Below are positions 11,232 to 26,800 of a stretch of 64,000 bases of DNA, in pieces. A program made the position numbers and the translations under genes. The number at the start of each line of letters is the position of its first letter. The first letter of the stretch is position 1. The notes below the pieces were generated by a model. It made no database searches. It had not been told where the DNA came from and saw only the letters and a list, made by a program, of their open reading frames with translations. This stretch comes from Auanema rhodensis (lineage: Eukaryota > Animalia > Nematoda). The stretch spans positions 3,038,001-3,102,000 of the forward strand of contig OZ059897.1 of the NCBI GenBank assembly GCA_964057225.1, given 5' to 3'.

Positions 11232-12635
11232 CGATTTTCACCCTGAAGAAATGATTTTTTCGTTGAAAAACATTGTCCATCGTATTCGTCTTGAAAAAAG
11301 GAATCTAAAAACATCTACTTTTTGTGAAATTATTTAGAAATTTTTCGGGAAAATTTTTGTCAAAATGTTTTTGGAAGCAATGTTGAGTGTACATGGGAAC
11401 TCAGCATACACTAATGCATTATTTTTCAAACGATCATAACTAATTTTTGTATAGAGCGTTTCTCAATGTAGTATAGTGCATTCGATGCGGATTTTTAAGC
11501 TGCGTCGATCTGTGTTATCAGATTTGAGTTAGCTTAAAAATGCACCGAGATATCAACTGATATATGTTCACACTTATATCCTCGATTTTCACCCTGAAGA
11601 AATGATTTTTTCGTTGAAAAACATTGTCCATCGTATTCGTCTTGAAAAAAGGAATCTAAAAACATCTACTTTTTGTGAAATTATTTAGAAATTTTTCGGT
11701 AAAATTTTTGTCACAATGTTTTTGGAAGCAATGTTGAGTGTACATGGGAACTCAGCATACACTAATGCATTATTTTTCAAACGATCATAACTAATTTTTG
11801 TATAGAGCGTTTCTCAATGTAGTATAGTGCATTCGATGCGGATTTTTAAGCTGCGTCGATCTGTGTTATCAGATTTGAGTTAGCTTAAAAATGCACCGAG
11901 ATATCAACTGATATATGTTCACACTTATATCCTCGATTTTCACCCTGAAGAAATGATTTTTTCGTTGAAAAACATTGTCCATCGTATTCGTCTTGAAAAA
12001 AGGAATCTAAAAACATCTACTTTTTGTGAAATTATTTAGAAATTTTTCGGGAAAATTTTTGTCAAAATGTTTTTGGAAGCAATGTTGAGTGTACATGGGA
12101 ACTCAGCATACACTAATGCATTATTTTTCAAACGATCATAACTAATTTTTGTATAGAGCGTTTCTCAATGTAGTATAGTGCATTCGATGCGGATTTTTAA
12201 GCTGCGTCGATCTGTGTTATCAGATTTGGGTTAGCTTAAAAATGCACCGAGATATCAACTGATATATGTTCACACTTATATCCTCGATTTTCACCCTGAA
12301 GAAATGATTTTTTCGTTGAAAAACATTGTCCATCGTATTCGTCTTGAAAAAAGGAATCTAAAAACATCTACTTTTTGTGAAATTATTTAGAAATTTTTCG
12401 GTAAAATTTTTGTCACAATGTTTTTGGAAGCAATGTTGAGTGTACATGGGAACTCAGCATACACTAATGCATTATTTTTCAAACGATCATAACTAATTTT
12501 TGTATAGAGCGTTTCTCAATGTAGTATAGTGCATTCGATGCGGATTTTTAAGCTGCGTCGATCTGTGTTATCAGATTTGAGTTAGCTTAAAAATGCACCG
12601 AGATATCAACTGATATATGTTCACACTTATATCCT
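11232..12635. repeat. Local dimer duplication (702 bp) x2
   Basis: The private TTCGGTAAAA allele is in monomers 11583 and 12285. Confidence 0.85.
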
Positions 12636-15600
12636 CGATTTTCACCCTGAAGAAATGATTTTTTCGTTGAAAAACATTGTCCATCGTATTCGTCTTGAAA
12701 AAAGGAATCTAAAAACATCTACTTTTTGTGAAATTATTTAGAAATTTTTCGGGAAAATTTTTGTCAAAATGTTTTTGGAAGCAATGTTGAGTGTACATGG
12801 GAACTCAACATACACTAATGCATTATTTTTCATACGATCATAACTAATTTTTGTATAAAGCGTTTCTCAATGTAGTATAGTGCATTCGATGCGGATTTTT
12901 AAGCTGCGTTGATCTGTGTTATCAGATTTGAGTTAACTTAAAAATGCACCGAGATATCAACTGATATATGTTCACACTTATATCCTCGATTTTTACCCTG
13001 AAGAAATGATTTTTTTGTTGAAAAACATTGTCCATCGTATTCGTCTTGAAAAAAGGAATCTAAAAACATCTACTTTTTGTGAAATTATTTAGAAATTTTT
13101 CGGGAAAATTTTTGTCAAAATGTTTTTGGAAGCAATGTTGAGTGTACATGGGAACTCAGCATACACTAATGCATTATTTTTCAAACGATCATAACTAATT
13201 TTTGTATAGAGCGTTTCTCAATGTAGTATAGTGCATTCGATGCGGATTTTTAAGCTGCGTCGATCTGTGTTATCAGATTTGAGTTAGCTTAAAAATGCAC
13301 CGAGATATCAACTGATATATGTTCACACTTATATCCTCGATTTTCACCCTGAAGAAATGATTTTTTCGTTAACAAACATTGTCCATCGTATTCGTCTTGA
13401 AAAAAGAAATCTAAAAACATCTACTTTTTGTGAAATTATTTAGAAATTTTTCGGGAAAATTTTTGTCAAAATGTTTTTGGAAGCAATGTTGAGTGTACAT
13501 GGGAACTCAACATACACTAATGCATTATTTTTCAAACGATCATAACTAATTTTTGTATAGAGTGTTTCTCAATGTAGTATAGTGCATTCGATGCGGATTT
13601 TTAAGCTGCGTCGATCTGTGTTATCAGATTTGCGCTAGCTTAAAAATGCACCGAGTAATCAACTGATATAGGTTCACACTTATATCCTCGATTTTCACCC
13701 TGAAGAATTAATTTTTTCGTTAACAAACATTGTCCATCGTATTCGTCTTGAAAAAAGGAATCTAAAAATATCTACTTTTTGTGAAATTATTTAGAAATTT
13801 TTCGGGAAAATTTTTGTCAAAATGTTTTTGGAAGCAATGTTGAGTGTACATGGGAACTCAACATACACTAATGCATTATTTTTCAAACGATCATAACTAA
13901 TTTTTGTATAGAGCGTTTCTCAATGTAGTATAGTGCATTCGATGCGGATTTTTAAGCTGCGTCGATCTGTGTTATCAGATTTGAGTTAGCTTAAAAATGC
14001 ACCGAGATATCAACTGATATATGTTCACACTTATATCCTCGATTTTCACGCTGAAGAAATGATTTTTTCGTTGAAAAACATTGTCCATCGTATTCGTCTT
14101 GAAAAAAGGAATCTAAAAACATCTACTTTTTGTGAAATTATTTAGAAATTTTTCGGGAAAATTTTTGTCAAAATGTTTTTGGAAGCAATGTTGAGTGTAC
14201 ATGGGAACTCAACATACACTAATGCATTATTTTTCATACGATCATAACTAATTTTTGTATAAAGCGTTTCTCAATGTAGTATAGTGCATTCGATGCGGAT
14301 TTTTAAGCTGCGTTGATCTGTGTTATCAGATTTGAGTTAACTTGAAAATGCACCGAGATATCAACTGATATATGTTCACACTTATATCCTCGATTTTTAC
14401 CCTGAAGAAATGATTTTTTTGTTGAAAAACATTGTCCATCGTATTCGTCTTGAAAAAAGGAATCTAAAAACATCTACTTTTTGTGAAATTATTTAGAAAT
14501 TTTTCGGGAAAATTTTTGTCAAAATGTTTTTGGAAGCAATGTTGAGTGTACATGGGAACTCAGCATACACTAATGCATTATTTTTCAAACGATCATAACT
14601 AATTTTTGTATAGAGCGTTTCTCAATGTAGTATAGTGCATTCGATGCGGATTTTTAAGCTGCGTCGATCTGTGTTATCAGATTTGAGTTAGCTTAAAAAT
14701 GCACCGAGATATCAACTGATATATGTTCACACTTATATCCTCGATTTTCACCCTGAAGAAATGATTTTTTCGTTAACAAACATTGTCCATCGTATTCGTC
14801 TTGAAAAAAGAAATCTAAAAACATCTACTTTTTGTGAAATTATTTAGAAATTTTTCGGGAAAATTTTTGTCAAAATGTTTTTGGAAGCAATGTTGAGTGT
14901 ACATGGGAACTCAACATACACTAATGCATTATTTTTCAAACGATCATAACTAATTTTTGTATAGAGTGTTTCTCAATGTAGTATAGTGCATTCGATGCGG
15001 ATTTTTAAGCTGCGTCGATCTGTGTTATCAGATTTGCGCTAGCTTAAAAATGCACCGAGTAATCAACTGATATAGGTTCACACTTATATCCTCGATTTTC
15101 ACCCTGAAGAATTAATTTTTTCGTTAACAAACATTGTCCATCGTATTCGTCTTGAAAAAAGGAATCTAAAAACATCTACTTTTTGTGAAATTATTTAGAA
15201 ATTTTTCGGGAAAATTTTTGTCAAAATGTTTTTGGAAGCAATGTTGAGTGTACATGGGAACTCAACATACACTAATGCATTATTTTTCAAACGATCATAA
15301 CTAATTTTTGTATAGAGCGTTTCTCAATGTAGTATAGTGCATTCGATGCGGATTTTTAAGCTGCGTCGATCTGTGTTATCAGATTTGAGTTAGCTTAAAA
15401 ATGCACCGAGATATCAACTGATATATGTTCACACTTATATCCTCGATTTTCACGCTGAAGAAATGATTTTTTCGTTGAAAAACATTGTCCATCGTATTCG
15501 TCTTGAAAAAAGGAATCTAAAAACATCTACTTTTTGTGAAATTATTTAGAAATTTTTCGGGAAAATTTTTGTCAAAATGTTTTTGGAAGCAATGTTGAGT

Positions 15601-16847
15601 GTACATGGGAACTCAACATACACTAATGCATTATTTTTCATACGATCATAACTAATTTTTGTATAAAGCGTTTCTCAATGTAGTATAGTGCATTCGATGC
15701 GGATTTTTAAGCTGCGTTGATCTGTGTTATCAGATTTGAGTTAACTTGAAAATGCACCGAGATATCAACTGATATATGTTCACACTTATATCCTCGATTT
15801 TTACCCTGAAGAAATGATTTTTTTGTTGAAAAACATTGTCCATCGTATTCGTCTTGAAAAAAGGAATCTAAAAACATCTACTTTTTGTGAAATTATTTAG
15901 AAATTTTTCGGGAAAATTTTTGTCAAAATGTTTTTGGAAGCAATGTTGAGTGTACATGGGAACTCAGCATACACTAATGCATTATTTTTCAAACGATCAT
16001 AACTAATTTTTGTATAGAGCGTTTCTCAATGTAGTATAGTGCATTCGATGCGGATTTTTAAGCTGCGTCGATCTGTGTTATCAGATTTGAGTTAGCTTAA
16101 AAATGCACCGAGATATCAACTGATATATGTTCACACTTATATCCTCGATTTTCACCCTGAAGAAATGATTTTTTCGTTAACAAACATTGTCCATCGTATT
16201 CGTCTTGAAAAAAGAAATCTAAAAACATCTACTTTTTGTGAAATTATTTAGAAATTTTTCGGGAAAATTTTTGTCAAAATGTTTTTGGAAGCAATGTTGA
16301 GTGTACATGGGAACTCAACATACACTAATGCATTATTTTTCAAACGATCATAACTAATTTTTGTATAGAGCGTTTCTCAATGTAGTATAGTGCATTCGAT
16401 GCGGATTTTTAAGCTGCGTCGATCTGTGTTATCAGATTTGCGCTAGCTTAAAAATGCACCGAGTAATCAACTGATATAGGTTCACACTTATATCCTCGAT
16501 TTTCACCCTGAAGAATTAATTTTTTCGTTAACAAACATTGTCCATCGTATTCGTCTTGAAAAAAGGAATCTAAAAACATCTACTTTTTGTGAAATTATTT
16601 AGAAATTTTTCGGGAAAATTTTTGTCAAAATGTTTTTGGAAGCAATGTTGAGTGTACATGGGAACTCAACATACACTAATGCATTATTTTTCAAACGATC
16701 ATAACTAATTTTTGTATAGAGCGTTTCTCAATGTAGTATAGTGCATTCGATGCGGATTTTTAAGCTGCGTCGATCTGTGTTATCAGATTTGCGCTAGCTT
16801 AAAAATGCACCGAGTAATCAACTGATATAGGTTCACTCTTATATCCT
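12636..16847. repeat. Local higher-order repeat: 4-mer (1404 bp) x3
   Basis: TTTTTACCC at 12987/14391/15795; TTAACAAAC pairs at 13338+13689, 14742+15093 and 16146+16497; CACGCTG at 14040/15444. Confidence 0.93.
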
Positions 16848-19800
16848 CGATTTTCACCCTGAAGAATTAATTTTTTCGTTGAATAACATTGTCCATCGTC
16901 TTTGCCTTGAAAAAAGAAATCTAAAAACTCCTACTTTTTGTGAAATTATTTAGAAATTTTTCGGGAAAATTTTTGTCAAAATGTTTTTGGAAGCAATGTT
17001 GAGTGTACATGGGAACTCAACATACACTAATGCATTATTTTTCATACGATCATAACTAATTTTTGTATAAAGCGTTTCTCAATGTAGTATAGTGCATTCG
17101 ATGCGGATTTTTAAGCTGCGTCGATCTGTGTTATCAGATTTGAGTTAGCTTAAAAATGCACCGAGATATCAACTGATATATGTTCACACTTATATCCTCG
17201 ATTTTCACCCTGAAGAAATGATTTTTTCGTTGAAAAACATTGTCCATCGTATTCGTCTTGAAAAAAGGAATCTAAAAACATCTACTTTTTGTGAAATTAT
17301 TTAGAAATTTTTCGGGAAAATTTTTGTCAAAATGTTTTTGGAAGCAATGTTGAGTGTACATGGGAACTCAACATACACTAATGCATTATTTTTCATACGA
17401 TCATAACTAATTTTTGTATAGAGCGTTTCTCATTGTAGTATAGTGCATTCGATGCGGATTTTTAAGCTGCGTTGATCTGTGTTATCAGATTTGCGCTAGC
17501 TTAAAAATGCACCGAGTAATCAACTGATATAGGTTCACACTTATATCCTCGATTTTCACCCTGAAGAATTATATTTTTCGTTGAATAACATTGTCCATCG
17601 TCTTTGCCTTGAAAAAAAAAATCTAAAAACATCTACTTTTTGTGAAATTATTTAGAAATTTTTCGGGAAAATTTTTGTCAAAATGTTTTTGGAAGCAATG
17701 TTGAGTGTACATGGGAACTCAACATACACTAATGCATTATTTTTCAAACGATCATAACTAATTTTTGTATAGAGCGTTTCTCATTGTAGTATAGTGCATT
17801 CGATGCGGATTTTTAAGCTGCGTTGATCTGTGTTATCAGATTTGCGCTAGCTTAAAAATGCACCGAGTAATCAACTGATATAGGTTCACACTTATATCCT
17901 CGATTTTCACCCTGAAGAATTAATTTTTTCGTTGAATAACATTGTCCATCGTCTTTGCCTTGAAAAAAGAAATCTAAAAACATCTACTTTTTGTGAAATT
18001 ATTTAGAAATTTTTCGGGAAAATTTTTGTCACAATGTTTTTGGAAGCAATGTTGAGTGTACATGGGAACTCAACATACACTAATGCATTATTTTTCAAAC
18101 GATCATAACTAATTTTTGTATTAAGCGTTTATCAATGTAGTATAGTGCATTCGATGCGGATTTTTAAGCTGCGTCGATCTGTGTTATCAGATTTGCGCTA
18201 GCTTGAAAATGCACCGAGATATCAACTGATATAGGTTCACACTTATATCCTCGATTTTCACCCTGAAGAATTAATTTTTTCGTTGAATAACATTGTCCAT
18301 CGTCTTTGCCTTGAAAAAAGGAATCTAAAAACATCTACTTTTTGTGAAATTATTTAGAAATTTTTCGGGAAAATTTTTGTCACAATGTTTTTGGAAGCAA
18401 TGTTGAGTGTACATGGGAACTCAGCATACACTAATGCATTATTTTTCAAACGATCTTAACTAATTTTTGTATAGAGCGTTTCTCAATGTAGTATAGTGCA
18501 TTCGATGCGGATTTTTAAGCTGCGTCGATCTGTGTTATCAGATTTGAGTTAGCTTAAAAATGCACCGAGATATCAACTGATATATGTTCACACTTATATC
18601 CTCGATTTTCACCCTGAAGAAATGATTTTTTCGTTGAAAAACATTGTCCATCGTATTCGTCTTGAAAAAAAGAATCTAAAAACATCTACTTTTTGTGAAA
18701 TTATTCAGAAATTTTTCGGGAAAATTTTTGTCAAAATGTTTTTGGAAGCAATGTTGAGTGTACATGGGAACTCAACATACACTAATGCATTATTTTTCAA
18801 ACGATCATAACTAATTTTTGTATGGAGCGTTTCTCAATGTAGTATAGTGCATTCGATGCGGATTTTTAAGCTGCGTTGATCTGTGTTATCAGATTTGCGC
18901 TAGCTTAAAAATGCACCGAGTAATCAACTGATATAGGTTCACACTTATATCCTCGATTTTCACCCTGAAGAATTAATTTTTTCGTTGAATAACATTGTCC
19001 ATTGTCTTTGCCTTGAAAAAAGAAATCTAAAAACTCCTACTTTTTGTGAAATTATTTAGAAATTTTTCGGGAAAATTTTTGTCACAATGTTTTTGGAAGC
19101 AATGTTGAGTGTACATGGGAACTCAGCATACACTAATGCATTATTTTTCAAACGATCATAACTAATTTTTGTATAGAGCGTTTCTCAATGTAGTATAGTG
19201 CATTCGATGCGGATTTTTAAGCTGCGTCGATCTGTGTTATCAGATTTGAGTTAGCTTAAAATTGCACCGAGATATCAACTGATATATGTTCACACTTATA
19301 TCCTCGATTTTCACCCTGAAGAAATGATTTTTTCGTTGAAAAACATTGTCCATCGTATTCGTCTTGAAAAAAGGAATCTAAAAACATCTACTTTTTGTGA
19401 AATTATTTAGAAATTTTTCGGGAAAATTTTTGTCAAAATGTTTTTGGAAGCAATGTTGAGTGTACATGGGAACTCAACATACACTAATGCATTATTTTTC
19501 ATACGATCATAACTAATTTTTGTATAAAGCGTTTCTCAATGTAGTATAGTGCATTCGAGGCGGATTTTTAAGCTGCGTTGATCTGTGTTATCAGATTTGA
19601 GTTAACTTAAAAATGCACCGAGATATCAACTGATATATGTTCACACTTATATCCTCGATTTTCACCCTGAAGAAATGATTTTTTCGTTGAAAAACATTGT
19701 CCATCGTATTCGTCTTGAAAAAAAGAATCTAAAAACATCTACTTTTTGTGAAATTATTCAGAAATTTTTCGGGAAAATTTTTGTCAAAATGTTTTTGGAA

Positions 19801-21059
19801 GCAATGTTGAGTGTACATGGGAACTCAACATACACTAATGCATTATTTTTCATACGATCATAACTAATTTTTGTATAAAGCGTTTCTCAATGTAGTATAG
19901 TGCATTCGAGGCGGATTTTTAAGCTGCGTTGATCTGTGTTATCAGATTTGAGTTAACTTAAAAATGCACCGAGATATCAACTGATATATGTTCACACTTA
20001 TATCCTCGATTTTCACCCTGAAGAAATGATTTTTTTGTTGAAAAACATTGTCCATCGTATTCGTCTTGAAAAAAGGAATCTAAAAACATCTACTTTTTGT
20101 GAAATTATTTAGAAATTTTTCGGGAAAATTTTTGTCAAAATGTTTTTGGAAGCAATGTTGAGTGTACATGGGAACTCAGCATACACTAATGCATTATTTT
20201 TCAAACGATCATAACTAATTTTTGTATAGAGCGTTTCTCAATGTAGTATAGTGCATTCGATGCGGATTTTTAAGCTGCGTCGATCTGTGTTATCAGATTT
20301 GAGTTAGCTTAAAAATGCACCGAGATATCAACTGATATATGTTCACACTTATATCCTCGATTTTCACCCTGAAGAAATGATTTTTTCGTTGAAAAACATT
20401 GTCCATCGTATTCGTCTTGAAAAAAAGAATCTAAAAACATCTACTTTTTGTGAAATTATTCAGAAATTTTTCGGGAAAATTTTTGTCAAAATGTTTTTGG
20501 AAGCAATGTTGAGTGTACATGGGAACTCAACATACACTAATGCATTATTTTTCATACGATCATAACTAATTTTTGTATAAAGCGTTTCTCAATGTAGTAT
20601 AGTGCATTCGAGGCGGATTTTTAAGCTGCGTTGATCTGTGTTATCAGATTTGAGTTAACTTAAAAATGCACCGAGATATCAACTGATATATGTTCACACT
20701 TATATCCTCGATTTTCACCCTGAAGAAATGATTTTTTTGTTGAAAAACATTGTCCATCGTATTCGTCTTGAAAAAAGGAATCTAAAAACATCTACTTTTT
20801 GTGAAATTATTTAGAAATTTTTCGGGAAAATTTTTGTCAAAATGTTTTTGGAAGCAATGTTGAGTGTACATGGGAACTCAACATACACTAATGCATTATT
20901 TTTCATACGATCATAACTAATTTTTGTATAAAGCGTTTCTCAATGTAGTATAGTGCATTCGAGGCGGATTTTTAAGCTGCGTTGATCTGTGTTATCAGAT
21001 TTGAGTTAACTTAAAAATGCACCGAGATATCAACTGATATATGTTCACACTTATATCCT

Positions 21060-23867
21060 CGATTTTCACCCTGAAGAAATGATTTTTTCGTTGAAAAACA
21101 TTGTCCATCGTATTCGTCTTGAAAAAAGGAATCTAAAAACATCTACTTTTTGTGAAATTATTTAGAAATTTTTCGGGAAACTTTTTGTCAAAATGTTTTT
21201 GGAAGCAATGTTGAGTGTACATGGGAACTCAACATACACTAATGCATTATTTTTCAAACGATCATAACTAATTTTTGTATTAAGCGTTTATCAATGTAGT
21301 ATAGTGCATTCGATGCGGATTTTTAAGCTGCGTCGATCTGTGTTATCAGATTTGCGCTAGCTTGAAAATGCACCGAGATATCAACTGATATAGGTTCACA
21401 CTTATATCCTCGATTTTCACCCTGAAGAATTAATTTTTTCGTTGAATAACATTGTCCATCGTCTTTGCCTTGAAAAAAAGAATCTAAAAACATCTACTTT
21501 TTGTGAAATTATTCAGAAATTTTTCGGGAAAATTTTTGTCAAAATGTTTTTGGAAGCAATGTTGAGTGTACATGGGAACTCAACATACACTAATGCATTA
21601 TTTTTCATACGATCATAACTAATTTTTGTATAAAGCGTTTCTCAATGTAGTATAGTGCATTCGAGGCGGATTTTTAAGCTGCGTTGATCTGTGTTATCAG
21701 ATTTGAGTTAGCTTAAAAATGCACCAAGATATCAACTGATATATGTTCACACTTATATCCTCGATTTTCACCCTGAAGAATTAATTTTTTCGTTGAATAA
21801 CATTGTCCATCGTCTTTGCCTTGAAAAAAAGAATCTAAAAACATCTACTTTTTGTGAAATTATTCAGAAATTTTTCGGGAAAATTTTTGTCAAAATGTTT
21901 TTGGAAGCAATGTTGAGTGTACATGGGAACTCAACATACACTAATGCATTATTTTTCATACGATCATAACTAATTTTTGTATAAAGCGTTTCTCAATGTA
22001 GTATAGTGCATTCGAGGCGGATTTTTAAGCTGCGTTGATCTGTGTTATCAGATTTGAGTTAACTTAAAAATGCACCGAGATATCAACTGATATATGTTCA
22101 CACTTATATCCTCGATTTTCACCCTGAAGAAATGATTTTTTTGTTGAAAAACATTGTCCATCGTATTCGTCTTGAAAAAAGGAATCTAAAAACATCTACT
22201 TTTTGTGAAATTATTTAGAAATTTTTCGGGAAAAATTTTGTCAAAATGTTTTTGGAAGCAATGTTGAGTGTACATGGGAACTCAGCATACACTAATGCAT
22301 TATTTTTCAAACGATCATAACTAATTTTTGTATAGAGCGTTTCTCAATGTAGTATAGTGCATTCGATGCGGATTTTTAAGCTGCGTCGATCTGTGTTATC
22401 AGATTTGAGTTAGCTTAAAAATGCACCGAGATATCAACTGATATATGTTCACACTTATATCCTCGATTTTCACCCTGAAGAAATGATTTTTTCGTTGAAA
22501 AACATTGTCCATCGTATTCGTCTTGAAAAAAGGAATCTAAAAACATCTACTTTTTGTGAAATTATTTAGAAATTTTTCGGGAAACTTTTTGTCAAAATGT
22601 TTTTGGAAGCAATGTTGAGTGTACATGGGAACTCAACATACACTAATGCATTATTTTTCAAACGATCATAACTAATTTTTGTATTAAGCGTTTATCAATG
22701 TAGTATAGTGCATTCGATGCGGATTTTTAAGCTGCGTCGATCTGTGTTATCAGATTTGCGCTAGCTTGAAAATGCACCGAGATATCAACTGATATAGGTT
22801 CACACTTATATCCTCGATTTTCACCCTGAAGAATTAATTTTTTCGTTGAATAACATTGTCCATCGTCTTTGCCTTGAAAAAAAGAATCTAAAAACATCTA
22901 CTTTTTGTGAAATTATTCAGAAATTTTTCGGGAAAATTTTTGTCAAAATGTTTTTGGAAGCAATGTTGAGTGTACATGGGAACTCAACATACACTAATGC
23001 ATTATTTTTCATACGATCATAACTAATTTTTGTATAAAGCGTTTCTCAATGTAGTATAGTGCATTCGAGGCGGATTTTTAAGCTGCGTTGATCTGTGTTA
23101 TCAGATTTGAGTTAGCTTAAAAATGCACCAAGATATCAACTGATATATGTTCACACTTATATCCTCGATTTTCACCCTGAAGAATTAATTTTTTCGTTGA
23201 ATAACATTGTCCATCGTCTTTGCCTTGAAAAAAAGAATCTAAAAACATCTACTTTTTGTGAAATTATTCAGAAATTTTTCGGGAAAATTTTTGTCAAAAT
23301 GTTTTTGGAAGCAATGTTGAGTGTACATGGGAACTCAACATACACTAATGCATTATTTTTCATACGATCATAACTAATTTTTGTATAAAGCGTTTCTCAA
23401 TGTAGTATAGTGCATTCGAGGCGGATTTTTAAGCTGCGTTGATCTGTGTTATCAGATTTGAGTTAACTTAAAAATGCACCGAGATATCAACTGATATATG
23501 TTCACACTTATATCCTCGATTTTCACCCTGAAGAAATGATTTTTTTGTTGAAAAACATTGTCCATCGTATTCGTCTTGAAAAAAGGAATCTAAAAACATC
23601 TACTTTTTGTGAAATTATTTAGAAATTTTTCGGGAAAAATTTTGTCAAAATGTTTTTGGAAGCAATGTTGAGTGTACATGGGAACTCAGCATACACTAAT
23701 GCATTATTTTTCAAACGATCATAACTAATTTTTGTATAGAGCGTTTCTCAATGTAGTATAGTGCATTCGATGCGGATTTTTAAGCTGCGTCGATCTGTGT
23801 TATCAGATTTGAGTTAGCTTAAAAATGCACCGAGATATCAACTGATATATGTTCACACTTATATCCT
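21060..23867. repeat. Local higher-order repeat: 4-mer (1404 bp) x2
   Basis: GGGAAACTTTT in monomers 21060/22464; CACCAAGAT in 21411/22815; GGGAAAAATTTTG in 22113/23517. Confidence 0.93.
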
Positions 23868-26800
23868 CGATTTTCACCCTGAAGAAATGATTTTTTCGTT
23901 AAAAAACATTGTCCATCGTATTCGTCTTGAAAAAAGGAATCTAAAAACATCTACTTTTTGTGAAATTATTTAGAAATTTTTCGGGAAAATTTTTGTCAAA
24001 ATGTTTTTGGAAGCAATGTTGAGTGTACATGGGAACTCAACATACACTAATGCATTATTTTTCAAACGATCATAACTAATTTTTGTATAGAGTGTTTCTC
24101 AATGTAGTATAGTGCATTCGATGCGGATTTTTAAGCTGCGTCGATCTGTGTTATCAGATTTGCGCTAGCTTAAAAATGCACCGAGTAATCAACTGATATA
24201 GGTTCACACTTATATCCTCGATTTTCACCCTGAAGAATTAATTTTTTCGTTGAATAACATTGTCCATCGTCTTTGCCTTGAAAAAAGAAATCTAAAAACT
24301 CCTACTTTTTGTGAAATTATTTAGAAATTTTTCGGGAAAATTTTTGTCACAATGTTTTTGGAAGCAATGTTGAGTGTACATGGGAACTCAGCATACACTA
24401 ATGCATTATTTTTCAAACGATCATAACTAATTTTTGTATAGAGCGTTTCTCAATGTAGTATAGTGCATTCGATGCGGATTTGTAAGCTGCGTCGATCTGT
24501 GTTATCAGATTTGAGTTAGCTTAAAAATGCACCGAGATATCAACTGATATATGTTCACACTTATATCCTCGATTTTCACCCTGAAGAAATGATTTTTTCG
24601 TTGAAAAACATTGTCCATCGTATTCGTCTTGAAAAAAGGAATCTAAAAACATCTACTTTTTGTGAAATTATTTAGAAATTTTTCGGGAAAATTTTTGTCA
24701 AAATGTTTTTGGAAGCAATGTTGAGTGTACATGGGAACTCAACATACACTAATGCATTATTTTTCAAACGATCATAACTAATTTTTGTATAGAGCGTTTC
24801 TCAATGTAGTATAGTGCATTCGATGCGGATTTTTAAGCTGCGTCGATCTGTGTTATCAGATTTGCGCTAGCTTGAAAATGCACCGAGATATCAACTGATA
24901 TAGGTTCACACTTATATCCTCGATTTTCACCCTGAAGAATTAATTTTTTCGTTGAATAACATTGTCCATCGTCTTTGCCTTGAAAAAAAGGATTTAAAAA
25001 CATCTACTTTTTGTGAAATTATTTAGAAATTTTTCGGGAAAATTTTTGTCACAATGTTTTTGGAAGCAATGTTGAGTGTACATGGGAACTCAGCATACAC
25101 TAATGCATTATTTTTCAAACGATCATAACTAATTTTTGTATAGAGCGTTTCTCAATGTAGTATAGTGCATTCGATGCGGATTTGTAAGCTGCGTCGATCT
25201 GTGTTATCAGATTTGAGTTAGCTTAAAAATGCACCGAGATATCAACTGATATATGTTCACACTTATATCCTCGATTTTCACCCTGAAGAAATGATTTTTT
25301 CGTTGAAAAACATTGTCCATCGTCTTTGCCTTGAAAAAAAGGAATCTAAAAACATCTACTTTTTGTGAAATTATTTAGAAATTTTTCGGGAAAATTTTTG
25401 TCAAAATGTTTTTGGAAGCAATGTTGAGTGTACATGGGAACTCAACATACACTAATGCATTATTTTTCAAACGATCATAACTAATTTTTGTATAGAGCGT
25501 TTCTCAATGTAGTATAGTGCATTCGATGCGGATTTTTAAGCTGCGTCAATCTGTTAATATCAGATTTGCGCTAGCTTGAAAATGCACCGAGATATCAACT
25601 GATATAGGTTCACACTTATATCCTCGATTTTCACCCTGAAGAATTAATTTTTTCGTTGAAAAACATTGTCCATCGTCTTTGCCTTGAAAAAAGGAATCTA
25701 AAAACATCTACTTTTTGTGAAATTATTTAGAAATTTTTCGGGAAAATTTTTGTCACAATGTTTTTGAAAGCAATGTTGAGTGTACATGGAAACTCAACAT
25801 ACACTAATGCATCATTTTTCAAACGATCATAGCTAATTTTTGTATTGAGCGTTTCTCAATGTAGTATAGTGCATTCGATGCGGATTTGTAAGCTGCGTCG
25901 ATCTGTGTTATCAGATTTGAGTTAGCTTAAAAATGCACCGAGATATCAACTGATATATGTTCACACTTATATCCTCGATTTTCACCCTGAAGAAATGATT
26001 TTTTCGTTGAAAAACATTGTCCATCGTATTCGTCTTGAAAAAAGGAATCTAAAAACATCTACTTTTTGTGAAATTATTTAGAAATTTTTCGGGAAAATTT
26101 TTGTCAAAATGTTTTTGGAAGCAATGTTGAGTGTACATGGGAACTCAACATACACTAATGCATTATTTTTCAAACGATCATAACTAATTTTTGTATAGAG
26201 CGTTTCTCAATGTAGTATAGTGCATTCGATGCGGATTTTTAAGCTGCGTCGATCTGTGTTATCAGATTTGCGCTAGCTTGAAAATGCACCGAGATATCAA
26301 CTGATATAGGTTCACACTTATATCCTCGATTTTCACCCTGAAGAATTAATTTTTTCGTTGAATAACATTGTCCATCGTCTTTGCCTTGAAAAAAGGAATC
26401 TAAAAACATCTACTTTTTGTGAAATTATTTAGAAATTTTTCGGGAAAATTTTTGTCACAATGTTTTTGGAAGCAATGTTGAGTGTACATGGGAACTCAGC
26501 ATACACTAATGCATTATTTTTCAAACGATCATAACTAATTTTTGTATAGAGCGTTTCTCAATGTAGTATAGTGCATTCGATGCGGATTTTTAAGCGGCGT
26601 CGATCTGTGTTATCAGATTTGAGTTAGCTTAAAAATGCACCGAGATATCAACTGATATATGTTCACACTTATATCCTCGATTTTCACCCTGAAGAAATAA
26701 TTTTTTCGTTGAAAAACATTGTCCATCGTATTCGTCTTGAAAAAAAGAATCTAAAAACATCTACTTTTTGTGAAATTATTCAGAAATTTTTCGGGAAAAT

